This document shows, piece by piece, positions 41,481-55,559 of a stretch of 64,000 bases of DNA (position 1 is the first letter of the stretch; every line of letters begins with the position of its first letter). This stretch comes from Octopus vulgaris (taxonomy: Eukaryota). The stretch lies in the NCBI GenBank assembly GCA_951406725.2, contig OX597819.1, forward strand, positions 109,864,001-109,928,000, written 5' to 3'. The position numbers and the translations under genes are program-made. Below the pieces are notes generated by a model. It did no database searches, was not told the DNA's origin, and saw only the letters and a program-made list of their open reading frames with translations.

Positions 41481-43169
41481 ATATAAATATGTATATATAC
41501 GTGCACCCTGTCACACACGCATGCGCACAAACAAACAAACAAACAAGCAAAAAGAATGCAGCTCTGATAACGGACAGAGTCAACGACTATTGAAATGGTT
41601 GTAAGACGCAACGAAAATTTTAGAAAAAAAAAATGAATAGAAATCAAACCGGTGAATGTGTTTAACAATGAGGTACTAAAATAGAATGACTTTCTCCAGA
41701 TACAATAAAATATACAATAGATACAATAAAATATGAATATATATATAAAGAGCTGTGTGTGGGCGCTTCGTCGAGTGTTGCTGAAAAATAACCAACTATA
41801 TAATAACTATAAAGACCGACCTTCTATAGTGGTATATGAATATAAACTCATTAACTTAAAGCTGTTGTGTGGAGCAGAAACAAATGTTGTGCTCTACTAC
41901 TAAAAACTGATATCCTCCACCATCGTGTTTTATTGCTTTGTATTAATCATATGCATATGTATCCAGCCCTGGAGTATATCATACTGTAGGATAATATGTG
42001 GTAACCAAATAATGATATAAGAGCTATCAAATGCACATTACGAAGTTTTTACCCGAATTATACTATACATATACATATACATACATACATACATAAATAT
42101 GCATATGTATATGTATATGTATATGTAAGTGTATACACACACACATACACATGTATGTGTATATACATATGTATATATGAATGTAGTAAATAAAATAAGA
42201 CTCATGGATTTCAAAGGTTATTAATACACACGTTTCCGTAGTATATTTATTCAAAATACGAATGCAGTTATGTAACTTTATATGTAATTTTATGTAATAT
42301 TATGTAATATATCCAAGTTCGAGTTTCCATAATGCGCTCTCTCGATAGCTAATACAACTCTGGATACTTTTTTAGGTGATATGTCGTTAAATATTCCAGA
42401 GACATGTCAATTCCATGAAGAGAGTGTAGGTGGTTAAATTACTTAGAATACTCGGGATAAACTGTCTGTTCAAAGTACTAGCGCTGATCGGATTAAATGG
42501 ATAACCTCTATTTTGCTATGTATATATGGATATCTCCTTTTGAATATGTAGACTGAAGTTTGAAGGAGATTTGGCTGCTGTTGTTTTAAACAGGTCAAGT
42601 GACTACGTATGGTCACCCTCCATCTTGCATGTGGGTTATGGTGACGATGCAGTGGTGCCTTGTGGTGGTAGTGTATTGTACTGGTGTTGGCGCTGTGTGC
42701 CACTGTGTGCTTTCAGGTCATCTTTGATTGGACCCATTTTATGGTACACTAGTTGAATAACTTGGTGGCAGTCCCAGACCCAGTATTTCAGATATACCGT
42801 ATCTTCATATACTGGAATTGAGGACTACAAGGAAGATCTAATTAAATATCACGATTTCATTACAGCATTAATGGTTAATTTGTGTTAATTAGTGGTTAGG
42901 ATGTTCAGCTCACGATTGTAAGATTGTACCTTCGATTCCCGGCGGCGCGTTGTACCCTTGAGCAAGACACTTTATTTCACTTTGCTCCAGTTTACTGAGT
43001 TGGAAAAATGAGTCTTTTTCAATCATATCTCGTACTTCATTATGTACTTCATACTTACATTATTTAATAAAGGGGCGGGGTGTGATTTGAGAGAAATTTG
43101 GTTGCTATTTCTGGGAAGTTGAGTGATCACGCAGAGATTTCTTGTAGACATGTTGCTATTGTTGATGTT

Positions 43170-43860
43170 CTAGTTGTTGAAGGTGGTGGTGATGGTGGTA
43201 ATGATGGTGGTAGTGGTGGAAGTGGTATTGATAATGGTGATGCTGGTGGTGAATGGTGGTGGTAATACTGATGGCGACATTGAGCTAAGGGTGACGGTAG
43301 CGGTGGCGTTGATGGTAAGTAACCGTGATGGTGACGATGATGATGGTGGTGGCAACTGAGATAGCAATGGTGGTGGTGACAACAGTGATAATGGTAGCGT
43401 TGATCGTGGTGGCGATGGAGGTAAGCGATATAAGTGGTATAGGTGATGATGTCGGTGAAAGCGCTGTCGATGTGGTTGTGAAGGTAGTGGCGTCGGTGAT
43501 GGTGGTGGCGGTAGCGTTTATGGTGGTGACGTGATGGCGGCGATGGTGGTGGTTATGGTGGTGGTGGTGGTTATGGTGGTGGTGTTGGTTGGTTATGGTG
43601 GTGGTGGTGGTGGTGTTGGTGGTGGTGGTGGTGATGGTGGTGGTGATGGTGGTGGTGGTGATGGGGGTTATGGTGGTGGTGGTGGTGGCGGTAGCGTTTA
43701 TGGTGGCGACGTGATGGCGGCGATGGTGGTGGTTATGGTGATGGTGGTGGTGGTGGTGGTGGTTATGGTGGTGGTGGTGGTTATGGTGGTGGTGGTGGTG
43801 GTGGTAGTGGTTATGGTGGTGGTGGTTATGGTGGTGGTGGTGGTGGTGATGCAGCGTTGT
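43170..43860. repeat. (GGT)n-derived low-complexity tract with a 60-bp direct repeat
   Basis: 43501-43560 repeated at 43681-43740. Confidence 0.8.
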
Positions 43861-44139
43861 TTGTAGCTACAATGTCGTTGATGTTGTTCTTGCTGTTATT
43901 GTTTGTTCTGAGTTAAGAGCGAGTTAAGAGTGAGGGTGTTGCTGCAGCTGTTGTTCAGATCAATAAGTACTCTGGTCTTAATTAACAACAAACAATGCAG
44001 TAATTAAAAGCAAGAACAGGATATTTTAGAAACCGTTTAAGTAAACTGCTTACACGTCTGGTGATGATTAATTAGTAAATAACAACAACCAAAGAAAGAT
44101 TTATGGCAAAAAAATACCGACAATAGAAATAACTACAAC

Positions 44140-44187
44140 TATAAAAATAACAATAATAATAATAATAATAATGATAATAATAATAAC

Positions 44188-44220
<33 letters not shown>

Positions 44221-44427
44221 GATAATAATAATAATAATAATAACGATAATAATAATAATAATGATGATAATAATAATAATAATAATAACAACAACAACAA
44301 TAATAATAATAATAATAATAATAACAACAACAATAATAATAATAATAACAACAACAACAACAACAATAATAATGATAATAATGATGATAATAATAATAAT
44401 AATGATAATAATAATAATAACAACAAC

Positions 44428-44468
<41 letters not shown>

Positions 44469-44469
44469 C

Positions 44470-44532
<63 letters not shown>

Positions 44533-44533
44533 G

Positions 44534-44606
<73 letters not shown>

Positions 44607-44620
44607 TAACAACATCAATA
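44140..44620. repeat. Compound (AAT)/(AAC)/(GAT) microsatellite
   Basis: Seen directly; similar tracts at 10460-10668, 22907-23160, 29740-30043, 38640-39100 and 57100-57350. Confidence 0.95.
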
Positions 44621-45958
44621 TCATTAACAAGAACGACAGCGAAAACAAAAGTAAAATAATGAGTGTAAAGAAACATTAGCAGTATCAGCAACAACAATAA
44701 TAACAACAATTGCCGTATCACTTTCAGCAACAATATGTACGATAACCACCTCTACAACAACAACAACGACAATGTCAGCGATAATAACAACGGGAATACC
44801 AGTGATGACGGTTACTCAGGAACAGAGAGAACTTATAAGACCGCCATCATCGTCGTCATCAGCGATCAGCATCACCACCACCCGCACCACCAGTACCACC
44901 AGCACCACCAGTGCCACCAGCACCACCAGCACCATCGCTGCAGCAGCCGCTACCGCCGCCGCCACCACCGCCACCACCACCACCACCACCACCACCACCA
45001 CCACCACCACCACCACCACCACCACCTCTATTACCACAACTACCATAACTATTATCACCAAGAACAACAGCAGCAAGGAGGCGCAATGGTTCAGTGGTTA
45101 GGGCAGCGGACTCGCGGTCGGAGGATCGCGGTTTCGATTCCGAGACCGGGCGTTGTGTGTGTTTATTGAGCGAAAACACCTAAAGCTCCACGAGTCTCCG
45201 GCAGGGGGTGGTGGCGACCCCTATTGTACTCTTTCGCTACAACATTCTCCCACTCTTTCTTCCTGTTTCTTGTCCCCGACTTCCTACGCAACAGCTGAGC
45301 CTGGATGTGCATTCATCCATCCGTTGATGCTCTCGGTGTCGGGGGTTGACCTGCTTTCTCTTCTGCGGGTCTTACGAATAGCAAAGGACCACGTTTCGGA
45401 CTTCTCCCAGTACAGAGGCGCCATCTTGCGAGCTCTAAACAACAGCAGCAACTTCGCAGCAGAAGCTACCACGATGATGGCGGCGGCTGTGACGACGATG
45501 ACAGCGGCGGCGGCTGTGATGACGATGACAGCGGCGGCGGCGGCGACGACGATGACGAAGACGACGACAACGGCGGCGACGATGATGGCGGCGGCGACGA
45601 TAATGGCGGCGGCGACGATGATGGCAGCGGCGACGATGATGGCGGCGGCGTCGATGATGGCGGCGGCGTCGATGATGGCGGCGGCGTCGATGATGCCGGC
45701 GATGACGACGACGGCGACTAAAACAAAAACAACAGTAACAAACACCGAAGAACAACAGTGATATGTATGTGTGCGCATCTGAGATGTTTTGTGTGTATAT
45801 GTGTACTTGTGTATAGTTTATGTGCATGTGTGTATGTGTGTGTGTGTATTTGCGCCTGTATGTGTGTGTGTTTTCATTTATCTTTGTCCTTGTGTGTGTT
45901 TTTGTATGTTTGCGTGTGTTAGTGAATCTGTATGTGTGTGTTTGTGTGTTTAAGTGTA

Positions 45959-45990
<32 letters not shown>

Positions 45991-46534
45991 AGTTGTTAAT
46001 GAGTGCATATGTAAGCATGTGTGTACATGAATGAGTCTATGCTTGTGAGTTTACGTGTCGAGTCTAGCGATGCGTCTGTGAGTGCATCTGCATGTATGTA
46101 TGTATATATGTATGTATATATATATGTATGTATGTATGTACGTACTATGTACGTATATGTGTAAGTACGTACGTACGTATGTATGAATGAAAAACGAAAC
46201 TTCAAGTGCTGAGACCCCCTTCATCATCCTTAAACAACTCTTATTCAAGGACCTTTTGAGCGGGATGGTTTACTCGACCAGAAGAAAATTTTAACTGGGC
46301 CCCACTTGCAAGGTTTTGTGCTGTTTATCTTGATATGAGATCACCATGTCGCACACATATGGTTGTGATGCATGTGCCTAGTGTACTCTTATCAGATGGG
46401 TAGTCATGATGGGTATACTGGGCTTCGTATATTTTAACCCCAGTGTCACTTTGATGGCATGCACTGCTCTCTCACTGAATAATAATAATAATAATGATGA
46501 TGATAATGATGATGATGATGATTATGATGATGAT

Positions 46535-46567
<33 letters not shown>

Positions 46568-46742
46568 TTCTACTCTAGGCAAAAGGCCCGAAATTTTTGG
46601 GGAGGGGGTTAGTCGATTAAATCGACCCAGTACGCAACTGGTACTTAATTTATCGATCCCGAAAGGATGAAAGGAAAAGTCGTCCTCGGCTAAATTTGAA
46701 CTCGGAACGTAGCGACAGACGAAATACCGTTAAGCATTTCGC

Positions 46743-46810
<68 letters not shown>

Positions 46811-46818
46811 TGATGATG

Positions 46819-46852
<34 letters not shown>

Positions 46853-46854
<2 letters not shown>

Positions 46855-47295
46855 CACACAAATAGAGAAATTAAGGCCAACAGACCAGATATAGTTGTCA
46901 GAGATCATGAAGAAAAAAATGCTTTCTAATTGATGTATCAATATCGGCAGATGACAATGTGTCTCTAAAAGAAATGGAGAAACTCTCAAAATACAAAGAC
47001 CTGGAAACAGAGGTAACCAGAATGTGGAATCTAAAAACAGAAACAATTCCTATCATAGTAGGTGCATTAGGCATGATAAAAAAATATTCAAACAAATACA
47101 TAACAAAAACACCAGGACTTACAAACACATATAACATACAGAAAATTGCACTACTAGGCACTGCACACATCCTACGCAGAACACTTTCCATACAATAACC
47201 ATCAGAGCATCACAACAAATCACAGCACATACCCAAGGCACACAGAGCTGCGCTCGGTAGTGAAGTGAAAGCACGCTATAAAAATAAAACTACTG
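46853..47295 (+). mobile_element. Second R4/Dong family, 5'-truncated, in (AAT)n
   Basis: ANRPDIVVRD..FLIDVSI..KLSKYKDLETEVTRMWNLKTETIPIIVGALG..IQKIALLGTAHILRRTL with one frameshift; AAT repeats on both sides; 3' UTR differs from the 22241 copy. Confidence 0.88.
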
Positions 47296-47389
47296 AATAA
47301 TAATATAATAATAATAATAATAATAATCGTAATAGATAGTTGAAAAGAACAGGTAGCACGGTACAGTAGACTGTAGGCAGTAAGCCCGC

Positions 47390-49240
47390 TACACATGCAA
47401 GACTTCAGGAGTTCCAACAAAAGCCGAGATTTTAAAAAATAATAATAATGATAAGGCCAAAAAAACACACAGTACCCTTGAAATTAGTGCGCTGTCCCCA
47501 TCCTCTTCAAGGCACGGGACATAATCTTGTTCTGTCTTTCAAAATTTCTTTTTGATGTCAAGTAAACAATCGAACGTTTCAAATCTCACAGAAAACGAAT
47601 ATAAAAATAAAGATATGCAAGAACAGCCTGTGAAGTACTTTGCAATAATTCTGAGAGAAACCCATGAATCAAAAATTCCTTTGTCCAAGTTTTTGATTAT
47701 TTAATGATCTAACTAAAGTTTGGCCAACAAATGCTAGAGATTTGCTGATAAATTATTTCTTTATTTCTTTCTCATTTCTTTCATCGTGTTAACATCAGTC
47801 CACTTGGCTGATTTCTCAACACTGTCTGGTTTGGTTATATTGTTGAAATGTCTGCATCCAAAATTTAAACAAAGAAAAACGGAAATAGATATCTCCATAT
47901 ACATTTGTAACTTGTTTGAAATTATGTTTAATAAGAAGGAAATGTAAATAACGTGAAACAGAATCACAAACAGATGCCAAAATCTAAATAATATATATCG
48001 TAATATAACAGTGAATATTACTTAATATCATATTTGTCTGATGTTATTATAATTCAAGAGGTAAACTTTTGACAAGCGAAGTCTGTGAGTTTGTAACGAT
48101 TCCTTGGTGAAACCAATTCACTCCAACCTATTCCGCTAATCCTCTTGAAAAAGAAAAAAAAAGAAAAAAAAAGACGTTAATATCATGCTTCTTGTCCCTG
48201 TCTCTCTCTCTGTAACAAATAAAAAGATTTGATTTTGAAAAGAATTAATTAAAATGTTAATTGATGATTTCGTTATTCTTGGGGATTGTCAGGACAAAAT
48301 GGAATAGGCAGGACAAGAGGAGACACATGGGAGAGAGAGTCGTTGAAGAGGTCACAGAATGTGTGACGAAAGAACTTTGACAGACAAATAAGCTAGAAAT
48401 TAAAGATAATAATAAAACTAAAGTGACGGTCAAATAAACAGTGCATTTGGCAAAAGGTGACCGTCCCCAAGTATGACATTATCTATTTCAACACACAATT
48501 TCACATCAAAGATCTTGCAAAACAAATACATAAATATAGTAATTGATGGTTCTTTTCTTTTGTCTGGTATTTTCTTACATAAATTTTAAAATTAGTTTCG
48601 AGTTGCCATTTGGTTCTACTTCCACAGATTCAATATATTTTGATGTCGAGTGGCACAGTTTGCGATAAGTCTTAATAGCAAATGGCTTCACTATACTCAC
48701 TTGTTGTTGTCATACATTTTTTTTATTGCTATTGTATATTTGCTTGTTGCTATCATCTATTCACCTAATGTTATCCCATTTGCTTGCTGCTACCATATAT
48801 TTTACTTAACACATTGATGGAAAGAGGAAAAACGTTAAGGCACTTTCTCTTTCCATTAAAGCTTTAAGCTAATACCATATTGAATCTTAACTATCCTGTG
48901 CTGTATTTTTTATTGTTCATTGTATTTATACCTTATGGCGTTTCAATCTACATCGTCTAAATATGTTCCTCAGAAATGTATAATCATAACCTCAATATGT
49001 TACAACGTCTGCAACATTGTGTTGAGCTTTGTTAAATTAGTTGAAATATATCTAGAGACTAGTTGATATTTAGAGCTTATTAAAGTACATTTTTGAACAA
49101 AGCAGGTTTTTTAGTGCTTCTGTTGTAAACTTGCCTTTCTCTCTGTTAAGGTTTGTCCATTGAAGGGTTTTAGTTCAATAATACATAATGAAAACGAAAC
49201 GCTAATGGAGTATAATGTGAAGACTGCTTTTCTCTGCATG
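47390..49240 (-). pseudogene. Possible decayed LRR-transmembrane (Toll-like) receptor gene
   Basis: Manual translation: hydrophobic N-terminus MQRKAVFTLYSISVSFSLCII (ATG ~49240), LRR-like scraps LNYNNIRQI and AFVG..LDH*IIKNLDKGIFDSWVSLR, then FTGCSC..C..DYVPC and hydrophobic LISRVLCVFLALSLLLFF; many stops and frameshifts. Confidence 0.4.
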
Positions 49241-49390
49241 GTACATATTTTAACTTGAAGGGTTGGTGGGTATGGCAAACAAATGAAAAGAGAAAGAGAG
49301 TGAGGGAGAGAAAGAGTGAGAGAAGCAGAGAAAGGAAAAGAGAGAAAATGTGTATATATGTGTGTGAAAGAGAGGAAGAAAGAGAGAGAA

Positions 49391-49462
<72 letters not shown>

Positions 49463-50462
49463 TGCCAAGTAGTTGTAAAACAATAAAACGTACGCACATA
49501 CACGTATGAATATATAAACATTTTCATATTTCATGTTAAAATATCTTTTGCTTTGATTATTTTTTTGTTTATTCAAGAAGTACCAGTTACCGGTTAGCTC
49601 TTTGCAAACACGATAATTTAGAATTTTTCCCATTAAACAGTGAGCCACAAATCCAACAGGGCGTATATATGAATGTCTTCTCTTATGCAGTATATTAAAC
49701 ACATTTCTGTATTGGCAACCATTTTCATTCTTTCATTCATCTTGAACAGACGTTAAGTATGAGAATAAAATTAAATAAAATAAAGGAGTGTTAAATCTTA
49801 TTTTATTTCTTCTTTTTTTTTACAATCATTTTATATTCTGGATTTCTCTCCGAATTTATTTTAAAAATTCTATTAAAACTATTTTACTATATTAATTTAC
49901 TAAAGTAAAAGTGTTCTAATTTATCTTAAATTTGTGTTTATAGTTATAAACATAACTACAGCATTTATACTACTTATATGTATAGATATTTAAATACCAG
50001 TCTTACATTTTTTATTAGCACTATTATTTAGAGAATGAATTCCATATTAAAGATATCTTAATGCACGACATTTTTTAGAAACATAGGAATTACATATGTA
50101 TTAAATATTTCTAATATAGGCGCAAAGCCACATTAGATAGAGAGCATTAGTCAACACCTTTGGTTTCAGGACTTCATTGCTACTTTATTTTATCAATCCA
50201 AAGAATGATGAAAGACAAAGTCGGTTTCGGTGGGATTTTAACGCTGGATATAAAGAACCCAGATAATGCTTTATTTATTTTGTTTTTCTTGAGCCCCAGG
50301 ACTCATAAGGCTGTCTACCTGGTTTCCATTGGAAATATATTCAAAATTACAAATGTATTCAAGATTACAACATTCTCCCTTAATGGGATGCCGGGCTGTT
50401 GCAGAGTTCGAATACAGTAACTTTGATGGGGTAGAAGAAATTGATTTTAAATTGGGGTAGAA

Positions 50463-50880
50463 AGGCGGCGAGCTGGCAGAAACGCTAGCACACCGGGCGA
50501 AATGCTTAGCGGTATTTCGTCTGCTGCTACGTTCTGAGTTCAAATCCCGCCGAGGTCGACTTTGCCTTTCATCCTTTCGGGGTCGATAAATTAAGTACCA
50601 GTTACGCACTGGGGTCGATGTAATCGACTTAATACCTATGTCTGTCCTTGTTTGTCCTCTCCGTGTTTAGCCCTTTGTGGGTAGTAAAGAAATAAGTATT
50701 TCGTCTGCTGCTACGTTCTGAGTTCAAATCCCGCCGAGGTCGACTTTGCCTTTCATCCTTTCGGGGTCGATAAATTAAGTACCAGTTACGCACTGGGGTC
50801 GGTGTAATCAACTTAATCCCTTTGTCTGTCCTTGTTTGTCCCCTCTATGTTTAGCCCCTTGTGGGCAATAAAAAAATAAG
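50463..50880 (+). mobile_element. Dimeric family A SINE
   Basis: Head unit plus headless unit; AGAAGAAATTGATT at 50433-50446 and 50879-50892 may be a TSD. Confidence 0.9.
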
Positions 50881-52018
50881 AAGAAATTGATTACATAAAT
50901 GCCGGTACTTGACGGATATTTTGTTTTATCGGTTCATGAAAGGACGAACGACGAATTTGGCTCTGGCGGGATTTGAACTCATAACGTAAAAAGCTGAGAT
51001 AGATATGCCAAGCCATTTTGTCTGACGCTCTAACGATTTCGTTGGTTGATCACAATGAAATTAATGTGTAATGTTAATATAACATGTATGCATGTTCTCT
51101 TCTGTTTTTAATTGTTTGAAGTCCTGTTAAGAAGGCTTTTGATTAGGCTACAAATCTCTATCACTGGAATGTAGATAAGAAAAGCAAATTCACATTTTAA
51201 ACTTGACAAAAGTCATGCATATATTTACTGTTCCACTTACAAGTTCTATTTGTAATTTGCGAATTGGTTGATTTTCTTCTGAAAACCCTAGCTTATACAG
51301 ATTGTCACTTAGTCATATGCTCACAAAGCGAAGTGTACCAATTATTATTGGTATTAATGTGAATAGATAATACGTATATAGAAGCTAGATGTTTCAAGGC
51401 ATCTGTCCGTAGTTATCCTCTTTCTCATTGATTTTCTAGGCATATTCACATCAGCAGGGCAGCTGATCTCTCTGACGGTAGATACTGTTTCTTGTCTGTC
51501 CCAAACAGCAGTATACGGCCTCTTGTGTTTAAACTTGACAAATGTTTGATGAAAGTGTTCCACCAATATTCCTTGTGTTGATATTTGTGTATGTATCCAA
51601 TAAAAGGGGAGTCCTCAATATTTATTCCAGGACGGCTACTCCCCTCTCAGTAAGGAGTGGATATACTTCTGCCGCGGGCAAGAGAATTAAAGACGTTCTT
51701 TTAAACTTCGTTACAGAACTCTTCATATAATTGTATACATTTATAGATGTTTTTAAAAATGAAGCTTTCTATTTTTCTCTGTATAAACGTTCTAAAATAC
51801 TTGAAGTTCCCAGAAAAATTCATGTTATGATATATTATAAAATTCATTTTATAATACATAGGACCCCACCCATCGAAACACCACGTGTGTTACACACCAG
51901 AGTAATTGTTGAAGTGTTTTAAGCTTTAAAAGTTTCGTGCGCACACACAAACACACACAAATACATATAATTGCACGCACACACATATAATTACACACAC
52001 AGATACACACGTATAAAT

Positions 52019-52059
<41 letters not shown>

Positions 52060-52076
52060 CGTGTGTATGTGTGTGT

Positions 52077-52120
<44 letters not shown>

Positions 52121-52434
52121 ATACATATGCATACATACCTCATGGATATTTTACAATTTATTTTACCAATTTTTCCTTTGTATTTTTTTTTTTTTTTTTT
52201 TTTGTACTTGTTTCAGTCATTTGACTGCGGCCATGCTGGAGCACCGCCTTTTAGAGTGGTGAAAGAGTACAGCAGGGATCACCACCATCCCCTGCCGGAG
52301 CCTCGTGGAGCTTTTAGGTGTTTTCGCTCAATAAACACACACAACGCCCGGTCTGGGAACCGAAACCGCGATCCTCCGACCGCAAGTCCGCTGCCCTAAC
52401 CACTGGGCCATTGCGCCTCCACAATGGGTGATGT

Positions 52435-53392
52435 ATAGGTGATGTTTCGGCATAAAATACCCTATTTTTAGCTTTAAAGATTATTACAGGATTTCAAAAT
52501 TTCAGGTGTTTCAAGACCTTTACTATCGTTAGAATAGGTTTATATGTCGGAATTCATAAAAAAATAACCCTGATGAACAGAGACTTAGGTTCAATTCAAG
52601 CAGCTATATGAGGCTGCTGGAGACTGTCGTCAATCCCTGACTGGAGACGGTTGCTACTGGAAGGTCATATTTGTGGAAGCATGATTTGGCTCCTTGCCAT
52701 ACATCCAAGAACAGTGAAAAGTGGTTGTTGGAGAATTTATGACTTCACCGACCTCAATTTCTGGCCCCCTAACTCCCCTGATTGTAATCCCATAGATTAC
52801 TATGTGTGTAGCACCATCAGGTAGTGAGTAGCGATTTTCTTCACTACTTCAGAGAGTGACGACCCTGCCTGACACGAGTCCCGGGCTCAGCTGGCTCCGG
52901 CTAATAGTACCCGGTATGGGCCCCTATCCAGAGTTACAGAAAGGAGACAACCTTCAAAGAAATCCGGAGTGGAGCCCCGTAGGCGGTATAGTGTTCGACT
53001 CAACACTTCCGGCAGCTCCTGCAACCAAGCTGGTGCCAAACGTAATGCTCTGCACGCCTTGGGACTACATCAGCAAGGTCGAGAGACGAATCCTAACGAT
53101 TGGGCTACTCAAGATTTTTTACATCTAGCCCAGGCCTGCGCAAGACTGGGGAGGACATAAAATGTAAAAACCAGACTGGATTAGTTTATGCGCAACTCCA
53201 TTGTCTTCCGAGACAAAAGGATGCCAACAACAGAAAAGCACCATTGAGAAAAACACTAACCACGCTGATTGCAACACCAAGACTAAGCTGGTGGACAAGA
53301 TCAAGGCGGTGTTCGAAGATTATCCCTTTGACATAATGATGAACGCATGTGCCAGGTCCTCGGATCGTCTTAAGGACGTGATGGAAGCTGAG
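52435..53392 (+). mobile_element. Decayed Tc1/mariner (maT/DD37D-like) transposase catalytic domain
   Basis: YLWKHDLAPCHTSK..WL..FWPPNSPDCNPIDYYV then, after the insertion, [36 protein letters not shown]. Confidence 0.8.
52818..53236 (+). mobile_element. Short RTE-derived non-autonomous element with 8-bp TSD
   Basis: AGCACCAT at 52810-52817 and 53237-53244; body resembles an RTE 5' UTR (CAACCAAGCTGGTGCCAAACG) and ends CCATTGTCTTCCGAGACAAAAGGATGCCAACAACA like RTE/BovB 3' ends. Confidence 0.7.
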
Positions 53393-53486
53393 ACGTGAAA
53401 TAAAGTGTGATGCTCAAGCACACAACACACAGTCTGGTCCGGGATTCGAACTCACAACCACACGACCGTAAGTTCGACGCTCTAAC

Positions 53487-53565
<79 letters not shown>

Positions 53566-53570
53566 TATAC

Positions 53571-53609
<39 letters not shown>

Positions 53610-54051
53610 GCGAGAGAGAGAGACAGAGAGAGGGAGGCTGAAATTGAGAGAAAACAGACAGACAGACAGACAGATAGATAGATACATACATACATATATA
53701 CATACATACATACATACATATATGCATACATACATACATAAACACATACATGCATACATACATGCATACATACATACATACATACATACTTACATACATA
53801 CAAAGTATATTCATACATACATACATAGGGAAAACAAAGTAACTTTGAAGTAAACTGAACAAGGTATGAGAGACAGAGAAAGAAAAAGTGAACAAGTAAG
53901 AAACGATATTAGCTATAGATCGATCTTAGAATATTATTACCTGGCTGGATCATATTGTTGCTTGGTTACCATTGTTCAGATAATTTACTCACCTCAAAAG
54001 GTTTGTCACTGAAAAACGTGCGAAATCACGCGCATTATGTTTTAACATATC

Positions 54052-54282
54052 TATTTCTTTACTACCCACAAGGGGCTAAACACAGAGGAGACAAACAAGA
54101 CAGACAAACGGATTAAGTCGATTATATCGACCCCAGTGCGCAACTGGTACTTAATTTATCGACCCCGAAAGGATGAAAGGCAAAGTCGACCTCGGCGAAA
54201 TTTGAACTCAGAACGTAACGGTAGACGAAATACGACTACGCATTTCGCCCGACGTGCTAACGTTTCTGCCAGCTCGCCGCCT
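54052..54282 (-). mobile_element. Family A SINE monomer with 15-bp TSD
   Basis: ATGTTTTAACATATC at 54037-54051 and 54286-54300. Confidence 0.9.
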
Positions 54283-54435
54283 TGCATGTTTTAACATATC
54301 GTACTAACTTTGCATTTTCTCTGATATATATATGTATGTATATATATTATATATATATATATATAATATCAGAGAAAGAGAGAAGTTAATACGATATTTG
54401 AAAACAATGCACATGATTTCGCGCGTTATTCATAT

Positions 54436-54495
<60 letters not shown>

Positions 54496-54794
54496 CGTGT
54501 GTGTGCATGTGCTCGTGAGTATATAATTAGATAGTTTGATGAAAATGAAACGAAAACAAGATATGCCATCTAAAAATAAATGTATTTTTTTTAAAGATCA
54601 AAATATATCAACTAGATTATGGCTGGGTGATAACAATTTTCTCTTGACCCCCACCAACTCAATACTGAGCGAGCAGATCCCAGATCAAAGACGTTGCAGC
54701 TGTGAAAGAAAAGGAAACCAGCGCAAAATTGCACAACTTTCTTAAGACGGTATAAGGTCTCTTGAGGGGAATTTTCTGCTATTTCTAGCTCGTG

Positions 54795-55125
54795 CAATCC
54801 CATGGTCACGAATGACCACTGGATTGCACCTAGAAAGTTCCCCTCTGAGTCACAAGCCCGGACAAGGTTGTTTATGGAAGACCAGAAATTGCCCATGCAT
54901 ACCAGCCTTCCCTCTCCACGCCACCGATGTTATCCAAGGGAAAGGTAAAGGGCCAATGCAGCTTGGCACCAGTGATGTCGCAGCTCATTGCTACAGCTGA
55001 GCGAACTAGAACAATGTAAAAATAAAGTGACTTGCTCAAGAACACAACACGCAGCCCGGCCCGGAAATCGAACTAACTCATATTTGTGAGCCCGACGCTC
55101 TAACCACTGAACCTTGTGCCTTCAC
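54795..55125 (-). mobile_element. tRNA-head SINE with CORE-like segment and RTE-like body (family D)
   Basis: Minus strand head CAGTGGTTAGAGCGTCGG..GTTCGATTTCC, then CTTGAGCAAGTCACTT and CTGGTGCCAAGCTGCA, a motif shared with the 52818 element. Confidence 0.65.
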
Positions 55126-55559
55126 TACCTTTGCACGTAGAGCCCCCCAGCCCCACCACTAATTAGCTTCATATAGTAATGTCATATTGTGATTGAGCTG
55201 ATGTGTGGGGAAAGAATGCCCTACTGGAGCGGTATGGTGTGGCAGTGGAATAAGGTGAAGTTGATGAGCTTATTTTTGTTTTTGCTTAACCCCAGAGCAA
55301 TCCTGATTATGCAGACTGATGATTGAAGGTACTCCAGCTATGAGCCTCCTATATTTTCACAAAATACAGAGAAGCCAGGATCGCATTACGATATTGTGTA
55401 ATTTGTGTTCACTTATATTCATTGTTATAACTTATTTGCTGTAATTTAATCGCTTGTTTAATCTCGTAAAACTTATTACATAAGGATTCAGTACATAAAA
55501 CTGTCAGTTCACCGCCATGAAAAATATATCGTTAAGAAATTCATCTTGCTACACATAGA

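Noticed and set aside
45077-45150. tRNA-like sequence
   Set aside because: Continues into a SINE body found in several copies; a SINE head, not a tRNA gene.
46230-46480. Unique segment abutting (AAT)n, perhaps a Dong end
   Set aside because: No second copy or coding motif in the window to assign it.
51354-51790. Unique, coding-looking stretch
   Set aside because: Minus-strand frames are interrupted by stops, plus-strand ORFs are short, and I recognise no motif; needs BLASTX.
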